From Lytechinus pictus (Eukaryota), in contig NC_087251.1 in assembly GCF_037042905.1 (NCBI RefSeq), positions 6,264,001 through 6,328,000 on the forward strand: DNA of 64,000 bases, read 5' to 3'. The number at the start of each line of letters is the position of its first letter. Position 1 is the stretch's first letter. Shown one piece after another: positions 1 through 13,718 of the stretch. The notes beneath the pieces are model-generated. The model did no database searches. It worked only from the letters and a program-made list of their open reading frames with translations, and was not told the DNA's origin. A program made the position numbers and the translations under genes.

Positions 1-926
1 AAATTTTACCCAATAATCTATGACACATTCATCAGGGACCTATATCCATACTAGGGCCTATGCAAACATCCTTTTGTTCTAAAGATGAAAAACACCAAAA
101 AATTGTTTTAAGTAGGACCTCAAAGAAATTTACATTATACATGTATTAGTGGAAAGCGTTGACACCACCAAGGTTAAAATCAAAACTTTATATCGTCAAC
201 GCACCAGGACGACCATAATTACACATCAAAGAATTAGAATGTGATACCCCCTCCCCCCCAAAAAAAAAATTATATATATATATACAAGTAACAAATAAAC
301 TTTTCCCAGATGTGTAATATAATCACAAAATAATATTAAAACTTGAAATACCTCAAACTCATCTCTACAAAATTTATATGCACTTACAGTGGCTTTACAT
401 TTTGCTCTCAATTAGAATTATGTCATCATCGTGGAATAGCCCCTTTATAAACAATTTCAAATAAAATAAAAAACTTTAACATATATTTAGCTCATAAAAT
501 AATATACATGCATTATTGAAGTCATCCTGTTCTGTTCACATGATAAAATTAAAATTGTTCACTTTTATGTTGTAATAAGCTTTCCAATATATTATAAAAT
601 GTCAATTTCTTTGAAATTCAACTTTATAAACAATCTCGCGTATAACATGCATGATATCAAACTCTTTGGATTCCTGTATGATTTTTTTTTGTTCAATTTT
701 GTTTATCTTTTATTCATATTCAAATATCTGTATTTACATCAGACATCTTACTGGTCGCTTAGAGATTCATGATTTTTTTAAAATAATTGCAAAAGTATGT
801 GCCGTGCCATTCAGTAATTTCATTTGTATCTCTAGCCTTAACAAAGTCTCTACATAGCCTACATGACATTTATGGTCTTGCTTCTTAGTACCTGATGGTT
901 TTTTCTGTGAATATTAAACATAATAT

Positions 927-1600
927 TTCCAAAGTTTCAAGAGTTTTTGTACAAAACAAGTTTTACCTTTTTAAGACAATTTAGTCTAACATTCTGTTGT
1001 ACATAAATTACATGAAGATAGTTTTATGTCAAAGCAGATAAGAACATACTGAGTAAAAAGTGGTTTATCATTCAGTCCTTTATTTTGGCATCATAACATG
1101 CAAATATTCTGATCCAATCTGTACACTGTATCGTGACTTAAATTGACATTTTTATATTTTGTCTGACATAAATTTTGCAAAGTCTTTCTTTTGTTTTAAT
1201 GTTGATAGTTTATTGTAGATGTACACATGAATATGACAGAGTGAAATGGCTTATTGCTAAAAACAACTGTTAACCATTGCAATGTATCTACCAAAGTTAC
1301 AAGAGTTTTTGTACAAAACAAGTTTTACCTTTTTAAGAAAATTTAGTCTAACATTCTGTTGTACATGTACATATATTACATGTAGATAGTTTAATGTCAA
1401 AGCATAATAACATAACATGCCATCTCATATATTCTGATCCTACATGTATCTGTACCGGTATTTTGCCTTCAATTGACATGTTTTTATTTTGTTGACATAC
1501 ATGTACTTTACAAAACTCTGTTGTACATATGTAGATGTTTATAAAAATGTAGATATGAATAAAACAGAGTAAAAATGGTTTATCGCTTCAACAGCCAATA
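927..1600. repeat. Degenerate tandem duplication, ~362-bp period
   Basis: CAAGAGTTTTTGTACAAAACAAGTTTTACCTTTTTAAG at ~938 and ~1300. Confidence 0.7.
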
Positions 1601-2519
1601 CCATGTATAGTATCTATAGCAGACATACAGGGCCATTTTTTATGCATTATGACATGCCATCTCAAATATTATGATCTTTTCATCTGTATACTGTTGTAGC
1701 ATATCTTGCCCTTTAATTAACATGATTATATTTTATACATTGTGTTTTACATTTATATTAGAAAAAGACATAATCTAACAAACACGTATCAATATTGTCA
1801 TTTATTTGAATGAAATGAAATATTTTATTCTAATCAGTGAAGATGCCCGTATAACTTTTAAAAGACAAAAGAATTCCACATACAGTGTACTTTTTAAGAT
1901 TTTTATCAATTATTTCAATGCATAACTATTTGACCCACCCAAAAAAAAGATATCTAAACCTTAAAAAAACAATTAAAAAGTCCATGGAACCCAGACAAAT
2001 CTTATCTTCTTATCACAATTAACATCTAAAACCTTCTCTCTCGCTCTTTTGTATTCTTTATAATTTCTCTATCTCTCTCTTCATCTCTCTCTGATTTTCC
2101 TCACTATCTCTCTCATTTTTCCCACTCTCTGTCTCTCTCATTCATTTTTCCCACTGTCTGTCTGTCTCTCTCTCTCTCATTCATTTTTCCTGTGTGGGTC
2201 TCTTTCATTTTCCCCTATGTCTCTCATTTTCCTCACTGTCTGTCTGATCACCTTGTCATGTTCCTTGAAATCCTCTTGTTCAATTGTGCACATCAACCTG
2301 TATTAAGAATATTCTCATTATAACAAACATCTGAGTGTTGTGCTCACTCTTTACACAGGGAAAGAAACACTATTTAAAATGAGCTCAAATATACTTGAAT
2401 GAAATGGTAGTGCTGCTCAAGCATACTAATATTTTGACATTGTATTCTTGAGGTACACATGAAAGCAGGTGAAACTTTGAGCTTCGTAAAAATGAAGAAA
2501 AGTACTTTAATTCAGTATA

Positions 2520-3233
2520 CTGTATAAGCTGTTATTTTCGCGGGGGTTTTATGTTCGCGGATTTTGCGAATTGCCGATCGGCCGCGAATGTAACAACACG
2601 GGAAAATATTGGCACACTTATTTGTCAGTGCCAAGCAGAGCTTTGCTATTAAAAACATCCTGTGTATTGAAAAATCTTGAGATATGCACCTCTATATGTG
2701 CAAAAAATAAGGTTTAGAAAGTACAGTTAGTGATTCAAAAAGTTAGCTAAAATTTTACTTTTTTTATTTCTCAAACAAAATCAGAGCCTAAACTATTTTT
2801 CTAATGTAATATTATCAATATTTATTCACTCACTGTAATATTGCAATGTATTTTCCATGAAATAATTTAATTTTATTGTATAAATCTGATTGACTCTATA
2901 CACACGTATTGGCATCTATTTGCATACTCATTAATATTCATAAGTCACATGACCAGAGCTTTTAGAGGTGTAATTTTCAGATCTAAATTTAAGCCACCTT
3001 TTTCCACATTTTATAACTGTTTTTACAGGGACATATTTATGTAAAAAAAGACAAATCAGCATTGGTACTTTGATGAACATATATTTGCACATAATTTGAA
3101 CTAGTTTGGCTTCTTTGAAATGCTGTGGAAGTGTTTTGTACATCTTCCCATCACGAATTTAACAACCCGCAAAAATGTTGGGACCCCCGCGATTCGCGAA
3201 AAATTCTGTATGCGAAAATAATAGCTTGTACAG
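2520..3233. mobile_element. TA-flanked MITE (Tc1/mariner-like)
   Basis: TIR CTGTATAAGCTGTTATTTTCGC / GCGAAAATAATAGCTTGTACAG with TA on both flanks. Confidence 0.7.
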
Positions 3234-5044
3234 TAGTCAGCTGGCAAACCTTAAAGGACAAGTCCACCGCAAGAAAAATATATGCTGAAAATTTAAGTTT
3301 TGCTTAAGTTTGCAAAAGGGCATTTTCACGGTAACTGACGTTACACAGCACAATTTTTCACACATTTCATTGTGTGTATCTCTAAAACAACAAATGATGG
3401 GAGTTTGCTCTTGATAGTTAATAAAGTGAACCTTGCTGTATCCTCTGATACTAAGTTTTTCTATGTAACCACATTTTTTACGCATCAGCAAGAAAAAATG
3501 TGTCGGTAACTGACGTTACGCTTAATTTGCCATAGAGATAACACATGGAAGTCAGATGTGTGGAATCATTGTATTGTATCTCCTATGCAGGGCTTCACAT
3601 TAACGTGAGCTTGATGTGGAAGGATACCCGAGTGTCTAGGAACATTTCAATGAAAAAACTGTTTCTTTTTCTTAGTTCCTTTTCTTTGATTTGAACATTT
3701 TTATTATTACCACAACTTGTCGGTAACTGACATTACACATATTTTACCAGTGCTATATGAGGCATAATTTTCTTGGTACTTGTAAAGGCTTTTTTCGATC
3801 ATAAAAGTTTCATAATACTTCACATTTTAAATTATCAAAAGATAAGAAATGTATGTTTTACTTACTCGGGGGGGGGGGTCATAGCAGCTTCATTCCTATA
3901 GTAATTTAATATTGCATTGACTGTACACATGGATTTTTCTGACTATACACCCATTTACATCATCAGTTTTATATTGACTTGTTAAACCTTTTCCTTCTCC
4001 AACCTCCCCCTCCCCTCAAAAAAGGCAAAATGAATAAGGGTCTCCTCCCCTAGGCTAGCCCTCCCCCGAATCTTATGCAGCCATGCGGTTTTATTGATTT
4101 CTATTCTGGTCAGTGCAAGCAATGCTTGTTCATATCTGTCAGATTTCAATTTTCTTCATAATTTGTTTAATCATTCTCTTTGCTAATTTCTTTTTATAAG
4201 CTGTCAACAAAATAAACTCCAGCATCTAAACTGAAACTGAACTATATATGTAAATATAAAAATATGCAGTTTTAGTAGATCCATGCAACATTGGTCAGAA
4301 CTGTCAAATTTCACTTTTCATCTATACTTGTAAAAACCAAAAACGAAAATTGTATCACACATCTACACTACTTACAGGTATATAAACCAGGAATTTACTT
4401 AAAGCCTGGCAATGCTCAAAAGAATCCTAGGAACTAAAAAAGGGGCCCTGGAAACCCCATTCACCGCAATGTTAAGCTTATCAAATGCTGCAGATTTAGG
4501 CGATAGGTTGAGAAAAGTATCCCCTCCCCCCCGAAAACCGGAAAAAAAATTGTCTGATACTAACAATTAGGTACTTGGTAAGTATGCAAATATGCAAAAC
4601 AATGTCATTGTATTTTTTTTTGCACGATGGGAATGCAACTCCCTCCATAATTTTAAATAGTATTCCTTGTGAACTATACCTTTTAAAAGTCAATAGCAAG
4701 CTCCTTCTGGTGTGATTTAATAAAGTGAAAATGCTTAAAAAACAAGTATTCAATATTTCTTCACCATAAAATTGACCACATTCGCATTTCACTATTGGTA
4801 ACACCCACTTTATCATGGTAACTGACATTACATCTCAGTAACTGACATTACATTTTCTGCTTGGTAACTGACGTTACACATATTTAATGGTACCCTATGA
4901 CTTGATTGTCAATTGATTAACTTTCATCTTGGTGTAGGAGGGGTGTTAGCTAAGGAGGAAATCAACCAAGTTTCATATAATATATCCTCTTTTCTGGGAA
5001 ATGAGGAAAAAAAGTTCATGTTTTTGGTAACTGATGTTACATAC

Positions 5045-6538
5045 CACTGGCGTAAATCCGTGTTGATGGGTGGGGGGGATGACTGAAATATTTTGGCATT
5101 TTTTGCAATCATGTTTTTAGATATGCAAGGAATTGTCATTGATATGTCCACAGTTGCGTACCATGGGTCACGAAATTGGGGGAGGGGGGCACCAGCAAAA
5201 TTTTTGAATCATTTTGAGTGAGTGCGCTAGTGAGCGCGCGAAGCGCGCTCAGTTGCCAGTTATACTGACCTAATAGAGACATTTTAAGGACAATGTCATT
5301 AAACGGATATGTATCTCACTAATCAAATAATGCGAGCGCGAGCTGAAATTTTGTTATATTCACACCTAAAAAGGGACATTATAATCAAATTTGTGTAATC
5401 ATGATAGGTACCTGTCTCGCTAAACAATGCGAGCGCGAAGCGCGAGCTGAAAACTTAGATAATTCAGACCTGAAGTGGGGCATTCTAAGGTTTCTTTAAA
5501 GGAATTAACTAGGACCATACGTATTTCATTAACCAAATGATGCGAGCGCGAAGCGCGAGCTGAAAATTTTTGATATTCAGATCAGAAGAAGGGACATTTT
5601 AAGGACTGATTTTAGGAATTCATGAAGAGCAGACATATCTCACCAATCCACTAATGCGAACGTAATCACGGACAGGAAATGTTTCATATATACGAAGACC
5701 TTAATATGAGGCAATCACTTTTTGAGACATGAAAAAGAAGCATATGTAACTACGTAAAACAACGATAACTCAAGTGCTAGGAAATATATTTGGTTTATAT
5801 TGACTTGAAAACGGGATGTTCTAGTACAACAGGATTATATATCTCGTTAGACAGACAATGCGAGCACCAGGAACAATGAAGACGTAGGCCCTGGGCAAAT
5901 TATGTTTCATAAAGTTATGATAAAAATGTTTCTTATGTATAATGTAACATAACATAATTATAATATAATATAACATTATAATGAATAATATTTTCTTCTT
6001 TCCCACTTCGCTTCTCTTCTTTTCTCCCTCTTTTCTCCTTTTCCCACTTTCCCCGGGTTTTTTTTGTCAGCCGATGGGGGGATGTGCCCCCCATGCCCCC
6101 CGTAGTTACGCCACTGTATGTCCATATGGCAAATACCCTCCAATATTATTATCTTTTTTACCCCTTGATGGTTAATGGTTTTATTAGAGATTACATTAAA
6201 AATGTTTTGACATTCCATATTAATCCCTTCCCAAAGACCCCAACATTGATGAATTGGAAGAAACGGGGGTATCTCTTCAATGTTATAGTAAGGACATAAG
6301 TATTTCGTTTGGAAATGGTGAACTGGCTCTTTATTTGCATTTTATGATTCAATAATATTGTTTTATTTGTTAAGCGGTATTTTAGAAAGAATTTTCACCA
6401 ATAAAACAATTATCTCTTGTGATTTTTTTTCATTTCTTTCGTAAAAACTGGGGGGGGATGTTTGTACAGGCCATCCCCCCCTCCTCGAAAAGTGGGGGGG
6501 ATATATCCCCCCCATCCCCCCCGGGATTTACGCCAGTG
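5045..6538. mobile_element. hAT-like MITE (8-bp TSD TTACATAC) containing a nested MITE
   Basis: TIR CACTGGCGTAAATCC / GGATTTACGCCAGTG; identical 8-bp flanks. Confidence 0.8.
5151..6116. mobile_element. Nested hAT-like MITE (8-bp TSD TATGTCCA) with GCGAGCGCGAAGCGCGAGC repeats
   Basis: Ends CAGTTGCGTA / TACGCCACTG; TSD at 5143-5150 and 6117-6124. Confidence 0.78.
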
Positions 6539-6749
6539 TTACATACCATATCACATACTTCATCAATATTTTTTTATTAGATAAATAAATTCCTGGTATA
6601 TCTTTCTATGGGATTTTATAATAAAGTGTTATAATAGCAAGCTAAATCACAGGGGAAAACATCATGATCAAACCTGTCAAAACAAAATATGTGTAAATAT
6701 ACCATTTTCAACACTAATTTGTATCCATACTTTTGCGGCCATTTGAAAT

Positions 6750-7722
6750 AACAAGTGGAACGCCTCTGGCAGTCTCACCTGCATTACGCGATTCAATATA
6801 GCAGCAGTGCTAACTTTGAAAACTACTATAAAATAATCATTCACAAAAACACCATTCATATAATGACATAATACCACGTTCATTGACCATAGATGACATT
6901 TGAACGGTGACTTAAGACTTGTCAACTACACCCATGTCCACATTTTATTCACTCTATCCATAAACTTTCAAAGTTATGATGGCAATTCAACAATTACCCC
7001 AACATGGCCTAAGTTTATTGACCTTAACTGACCTTGGTTTTGTGACCTGAAACTCACAGGGGATGTTCAGTGATACTTGATTACTCTTATATCCCAAGTT
7101 TTATAAAATAGATCCATAAACTTCAGAGTTAGGATGGTAATTCAACAAATACCCCCAACACGGTCATGTGACCTGAAACTCGTACAGGATGTTCAGGGAT
7201 ACTCGATTACTCTTATGTCCAAGTTTTATGAACTAGATCCATAAACCTTCAGAGTTAGGATGGTAATTCAACAAATACCCCCAACTTGGCCAAAGTTCAT
7301 TGACCCTAAATGACCTTTGACCTTGGTCATGTGACCTGAAACTCGTGCAGGATGTTCACTAATACTTGATTAACCTTATGTCCGAGTTTCATGAACTAGG
7401 TCCATATACTTTCTAAGTTATGATGTCATTTCAAAAACTTAACCTTCGGTTAAGATTTTGAAAATAATTCTCCCAACATGGTCTAAGTTCATTGACCCTA
7501 AATGACCTTTGACCATAGTCATGTTACCTGAAACTCAGGCAGGATGTTCAGTAATACTTGATTAATCTTATGTCCAAGTTTCATGAACTAGGTCCATATA
7601 CTTTTTAAGTTATGATGGCATTTCAAAAACTTAACCTTAGGTTAAGATTTGATGTTGACGCCGCCGCCGCCGTCGGAAAAGCGGCGCCTATAGTCTCGCT
7701 CTGCTATGCAGGCGAGACAAAA
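6750..7722 (-). mobile_element. Helentron-associated (HINE/DINE-1-like) non-autonomous element with internal TGACCTTTGACC-rich tandem units
   Basis: Reverse-complement copy of 46248-47261; short subterminal IR GTCTCGCCTGCA/TGCAGGCGAGAC; T-rich insertion site. Confidence 0.65.
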
Positions 7723-9189
7723 ATGGCTGCCAGAGTCGGAAAAAAATTGTCCCAGAAACTTCAGGTCTTGTTTTATTAAAAACATAAAGTATTTGACATT
7801 AATATCAATTTGATTTTTTTGCCTCTGTGTCCATCTGTGGTGAAAATGCCCAAAACAGTTATATGCCCATCTTGGTCGGTATCCAAATGAGGGGACTGAT
7901 GACATCACTCACTCACTATTTATTTTGTATTTCGTTATTCTCATTGTCATGTGAAATTAAGTTTTATTCCTCCCTGAAATGTGGAACTACCATTGTTTTA
8001 ACATTTTTTGGTTCAGTCAAGTAGGTCATTCTTATCTAATCTGTAAAAATTGAAATTGTATTGTTCAAACAATAAAAAACAAGAGAAATAGTGAGTGAGG
8101 GACATCATCAACTCTTTCATTTGCATATCACTGAGATGTTATTACCGTTTTGTGAAAAATAAGCGAAACTTTAAAATGTCATAACTTATTTTCTATCAGA
8201 TTTCGATGAAATTTTCAACATTATGCTTGTTTGAATTTTCTCTACTGATTGAAATCAACATTTTTCTGGGGTGGACTTAACCTTCAACCCTAAGAATCCC
8301 AGGGGACCATAATGGCCCCCTAGAAATTTTATATGATAAATCCATAAGCACAACGGGGCCACGCCATATTGTTCAAGACTATTTTTGGGATAATTTATGA
8401 TATTACACAAGTGCATGTCAGACCCCGAATTGCTCAATAACGTGATTTCATGTATAAAGCCAATGCAAATTTTTCGCCATCATTTGGATCTGTATCAATA
8501 TTTGTACATGATTGGAAAATTATTGCCAATAATTTCCATTAAAAAACGAAAACCAAAAACTAAGCAAAAAAATGTACATAAGAAATATTTTAAAAAAGTT
8601 AAAACAAATATTAAAAAAACATTTTGATCAGTTAATAATTAAAAAAATAAGCAGTTCAAGGGCTTTATTTATAGATTGAAACCCAAACTTGTATTTCATG
8701 CACTAAAATTGTTATAATTGATTAAAATGAAATAAAGCATATTGATTAAATGAAATTAAGCTTTGAAATCCCAGTCTATAGATTATGCCATTTTCTTACA
8801 TTGTGCAAATTCCTCTCACCCCCTAGATTGACAAGACTCAATAGTAATTTACTCAATAGTATGTATGTACATGTATGAGGAATAAACTTATAAAATGTCA
8901 ACTTATTTTTTTGCATTCAATTTCAATGATTTAGTAATTTGGGGGAAAATATGAACTTTTCTATTGGAAATTTGAGTAACAAAAATTACAGTTATCTCTT
9001 ACTTACTCCAAAAATTTAATTAAAACATCAAGAGCTTAAATTGTACTGTATTGTATAGTTCGATTGATTTACAGAAAATTTCATCAATCGGTGAAAAAAA
9101 AATGTTTTAAAACGATTTAAAACGTTTCAAAACAATAAAAAACATTTCATTTGTTTTCTTTAATAAAAAACATTTTTTACTACAACCCT

Positions 9190-9706
9190 GTGCAGAAACC
9201 AACTCGCATATCAAATGAGCTGTGACCTTTGACCTGCTGACTCCAAATTCTAACTTAGCCTGTATTTTGGTGTCATCTACCTAGTACACAACCAAAATTG
9301 TTAAAATCCGTTTTATTTCATAAGTTATCATGCGGAAACCAACTCGCATATTTAACGAGCTGTGACCTTTGACCTGCGGACTCCAAATTCGAACTTAGTC
9401 TGTATTTTGGTGTCATCTACCTACACACCCAAAATTGTTAAAATCCGTTTTATTTTTCGAGTTATTGTGCGGAAACCAACTCGCATATTTAATGAGCTGT
9501 GACCTTTGACCTCTGACCTGTGGACTCTGAATTTGGTCTTAGCTTGTATTTTGGTGTCACCTACCTACACACCAAAAAAAAAATAAAATCCATTAAATAA
9601 ATTTTGAGATATTGCACAGAAACCAAGTGGGGGGGACGGACGGAAGGACGAAACAGACAGTAGCAACGCTTAATGCCCCCTCCGGACTTCGTCTGCGGGG
9701 GCATAA
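9190..9706 (-). mobile_element. Partial HINE-like element with ~120-bp tandem units and (CGTC)n microsatellite
   Basis: Three to four units starting GGAAACCAACTCGCATAT; hairpin end GCCCCCTCCGGACTTCGTCTGCGGGGGCATAA. Confidence 0.6.
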
Positions 9707-9895
9707 AAAGTTCTTACATGTATTATTCTTATTAGCTCTAATCTTGAAAAGCTTGTATGCATGACCCCTTGTACTGGCGAGAGAATTAAGTTGCAGACAT
9801 GGGGTAACATCAGGGTCATATTTGTGAAGAATCTTAAAGGTCTCTATCATGTCACCCCTAGCTCGTCTATAAACAAGAGTAGGCAAATTAAGCTG
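9707..9895 (-). mobile_element. CR1-clade LINE ORF2 C-terminal fragment
   Basis: Translation LPTLVYRRARGDMIETFKIL...TRGHAYKL matches the CR1 C-terminal RR.RGDMI / TRGH..KL motifs. Confidence 0.8.
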
Positions 9896-10799
9896 ATACC
9901 CTAAGTGGCATAAACATTGAAATCAATTAATTTGATACCATACTGATGACTGATTTCAAAATGATGTTAAATACAACAAGTACAAATTCCATTTTTTGAA
10001 GTTATTGGAAGGCCAACATGATTACTCTCAAGGACACCTCTCTTAGCCACTTTGAATAGCCATCTTTTAGCCTAAATTAATTAATGCACATGAAAAATAT
10101 TGCTTGCCTTGACTGACTGATGCATCACTTACCATTTGTTTTACCAATTTTATCAAAACTTGAAAAAATGGAATCCATACCAGTTAATGTGTTGAAAATA
10201 TATAGATTAATTAAACCTGTATCTTCTTTTTTTATTTTTTATTAATAAAAAACAATTCAATATGTGAATCAAAGTTTTTTTAAGACAAACAAAAACAAAA
10301 CCCAGCATTACCAACATAATACATTTCCCCTAGTTATACATGTACAGGTACTCTTCATTCAAGTAAACTTGTATCTAGACTGTACGGGGGTAACTCTTAT
10401 TAAAAGTGCTGCACTGGCCGGCATGTGCAAGGATTATTTTGTATCCCTTAAATCACGCCTTTCATTGTGTTTATGGCTTAGGTCTGATCCCGGGTCTCCT
10501 CAAATTTACCCAAATTTGCAACCCTAAATGGCGTAGATCTACTCAAATTTGCAACCTAAATGGCGTAATCTTCATAACCAATTTAGCAACCCTAAATGGC
10601 GTGAAGAGCAAGAGAAAAGGCTTCCCTAAAAAGCGATTTTACTAGCGAATGGTGCTGAAAATAAAATGCAACCCTTTTTGCCAAAGACGTTGACGACGCC
10701 CGAGTGCCTGAAACAGGACCCTTTTCGACGCTTTTTCTGGATGCTGGTGCGCCCCCCCCCCCAGCCCCACGTTGTATTATTTGACGATATACCGTACAT

Positions 10800-11056
10800 G
10801 AATGGCCAATCGAGACGGGGGTAGGAGAGAACTTTTCGTTATTTGAGGTTCCAGTCTGTGCCCAGATGTCAGGAAACTGCCACTCGTTAGACCTTCATCC
10901 ATATAATCGTGGTAAGTGCATAATTTCTGTTTTCACAATTCATTTGGAGAAATATTTAGACCATAAATTACCCTAGTCCTGTGAGTATGGTAAAATACAC
11001 GGTAAGCCCCTGGCCTGGGCTCCCGCCCGCTACGCGGGCGGGAGCTCCCTGGGTTA
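10800..11056. mobile_element. Solo TIR arm of the same family as 38952-41381, in ITPK1 intron 1
   Basis: Near-collinear with 41155-41381 (GAACTTTTCGTT..TTGAGGTTCCAGTCTGTG...GGAGCTCCCTGGGTTA). Confidence 0.75.
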
Positions 11057-11604
11057 GTAACTAGGTTGCATTAACAACGGATCAAAGATGGCGATGTCAA
11101 CAAGTGTAAGTAAACTCTCTTCTACTTTTATTACTTCATGTCATTTTGTAACCATAAGTTACATAACTATCCATTTTTTGCCAAACGTTGCCAACCAATA
11201 TTTTTACCCATTTACAGAAGTTTTAACTTCAGATTCTAAACATAACTGGCAGTTTGGCGCATTTTTATAGTTGCATTTTTCTTCGGTGTGTGGGAGCCTA
11301 GGCTATATGTACAAACGCCAGGCGTTCGGGGAGTGACCATACGTAGAGTATATTACTTTCACTCCCCAGACGCCTCCAGGCTAAATCTACCCCAGTCCCG
11401 TGTCTCCCTCGTTTTGCACGGTCGACTCCTTTATCCAACTCTATGGCTCCGCCCCGCTTCGCGGGCCGCCGCTCCCTGAGCTGAGCTGGGTTAACTTGGC
11501 GCTGGCTGGCACGCCCAGCCGCCCAACCCATTTTATTTCAACCCCCTCTTCCAACCAACGGTTATCAAGCCCCTAATTCCTAAAGGCCTAAGCTCTTCAC
11601 TTAC

Positions 11605-11681
11605 CGAAAAAGAATCGCTAATTCTCCAAAATTTAATTTCTTCTTCTTCTTCTCTGGAACCCAATAACCGATTTTCTCCAT
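11605..11681 (-). CDS. ITPK1: Inositol-tetrakisphosphate 1-kinase, first coding exon (MEKIGYWVPEKKKKKLNFGELAILF-R); later exons not located in window
   Basis: Minus-strand ATG at 11681; 25 codons + CG, then a GTAAGT donor. The peptide closely resembles the ITPK1 N-terminus (human RVGYWLSEKKIKKLNFQAFAELCR). Confidence 0.85.
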
Positions 11682-11950
11682 GATAAACTTAATTTATGAC
11701 GGTCGAAATTGAAGAGAAGTGTTCGTAATGTCAAGTACGGTATGTGTTGACTAGCATGCAAATAGGCAGGCTAGGCGGCCTAATCGGTATATTCGTTCCA
11801 ATCCGATCCTCTGCATCTGCGCTGCATTACGATATGCATGCATATCGCATGCAGCTCTAGCTACCATGCTTGCTACTAGCGCGATCGCGAGCTCGCTGCG
11901 TGGTTGCATATGGGCCGCATAGGCCATCAAAAATTTATCGTGTAGCAGGA
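11682..11950 (-). promoter_or_regulatory. CpG-rich 5'UTR/promoter region of ITPK1
   Basis: Locally high CpG density (gcgcgatcgcgagctcgc, tcgcatgca) immediately upstream of the minus-strand ATG. Confidence 0.4.
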
Positions 11951-12020
11951 ATCATGATTTGGGGTGGGGGTACTAAAGGGGATATGGAATGGGGTGATCG
12001 CTTCTCTCATTGTTTGTACA

Positions 12021-12262
12021 CACTAGCGTACCTACGGGGGGGGGGGGGGCAGGGGGGCACTCTGCCCCCCCCTGACGAGTCACAACCCATGCAAAAACGT
12101 ATCTTTGACCCCCCTGACGGGCTTGAAAAACCTTTTTTGCCCCCCTGACGAGCTTTAAGACCTTCAATGCCCCCCTGACGAGCTTGAAGACCTTTTTTTG
12201 CTTGTCAAATTTTTTGGCGGACGGTTTTGCCCCCCCTGTGGAAAATCCTAGGTACGCCACTG
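12021..12262. mobile_element. hAT-like poly-G/poly-C MITE (8-bp TSD TTTGTACA); related copy at ~55666-55849
   Basis: CACTAGCGTACCTA / TAGGTACGCCACTG termini; internal CCCCCCTGACGAG repeats. Confidence 0.78.
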
Positions 12263-13077
12263 TTTGTACATATAGGCCTTTGCGAAGCAGAAATTATTGT
12301 AAGAGGGGGAAATATGGGGAAATAGACGAACGAGAGTATGAACAAGCTATAACCGCTTGGTCGATAAACTAGGTGAACAAATAAGTTTAGAAAGTGCACA
12401 GAGGCACTAAAATAAAAGACTGGAACAATCTCCCATGCACCAGGGATAAAAAACCTCAATTCTACACAGTCCTTCAAATCATATCTCGATAGGTGTCATT
12501 CACCAGAGTAAATTGCACATTGCACGGAAGCGACATCACATCTAGACGATAGTGCTTCTAAGCAATGTCTGGATTACCCCCGATAATCTGAGGCGAGCCA
12601 CAAAATGATTCCAGGTTTTTTTTTAGAAATCTGTTAAGGTGTAACGTCTCATGAAACTCAAATTGCCAATTCGTGCTCATAGGCGATGGAGAGGTGACAA
12701 TTTATCAGGGGCCGCTGAACCGGGGGGGGGCTGGGGGGGCTTCAGCCCCCCCCCCCCCCCCCACTTTTATCCAAAACCGTGTACAAAAACGTAAAATTTA
12801 CCATATGATTGTGATTTTTAGCATGGTCAACCCCCCCCCCCACTTTTGGCTCAGCCCCCCCACTTTGAAAACCGTTCCGCGGCCCCTGTTTATGTCTACA
12901 ATAGTCTAGTCAGAAATGGGGGTTCCCGCGTACCTGCACTATAATAATAATAATAATAATAATAATAACGTTATATTTTGCCAGGGTAGCCACTTCAGTT
13001 CCGAAAACTGTTCTCCCATCGGGCCCTGCTATCATACTCGGCTATAAGCTCGATCATGATATATATATTTTAACCAA

Positions 13078-13718
13078 CTTTTTGTATTGCCTGAAGTGTC
13101 TATATTAACTGATGAATCTTGATCGATGTTCCCTTTGCAAAATCGTGTCCCATAGGATTCAAAATTGGCAATTTTGGCGGCCATTTTGGATTTTTCATGA
13201 AAATCAAATATTTTCATTTTTTTTATTCCACAGACAATGGGAAAAGCTTTTCACTAGATTAAGATAGTAGAAATCGACTCTTGCAATCGTTTTCTAGACA
13301 GTCCACCGGTTAATATTTTTTGAGGAAAAAAATGAGAATTTATGCTAAAATTTCAATGTTTTGGAGCAAAGTTTTGCATGTCCTTTGATATATTTCTGTT
13401 TTATCATGAACAGCAATAAATAATGCAAAATATCAGCATTCGGCACGAAAGAGGATATATAAATGAGTATATTGAGATGCTTCATGATAGCTTTATTGAT
13501 GTCTTAATTTGCTAAGATAAAGGGACCTCTTGCAATTGATTTTTACCATCTAAACCAAAGTGAAACGAGTATTTTATTTGAGATTTCCCAATTGTCTGTG
13601 GAAAAGATATGAAAATAATCGATGTTCATGAAAAATAAGATGGCCGCCAAAATTGCCAATTTCGAACCCCATGGAACATCAAGATTCATTAACTAGACAC
13701 TTCAGGCAATACAAAAAG
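13078..13718. mobile_element. Degenerate foldback MITE
   Basis: CTTTTTGTATTGCCTGAAGTGTCTA mirrored by TAGACACTTCAGGCAATACAAAAAG; ~200-bp imperfect arms. Confidence 0.6.

Noticed and set aside
2240..2297. Possible ITPK1 exon after a minus-strand TACAG acceptor
   Set aside because: The translation does not resemble ITPK1 and runs into a CT-rich simple repeat.
11088..11105. ATGGCGATGTCAACAAGT|GTAAGT as MRPL49 exon 1 or a new gene
   Set aside because: It lies in a repeat-like segment antisense within ITPK1 intron 1; 17984-18067 is a much better targeting-peptide exon.
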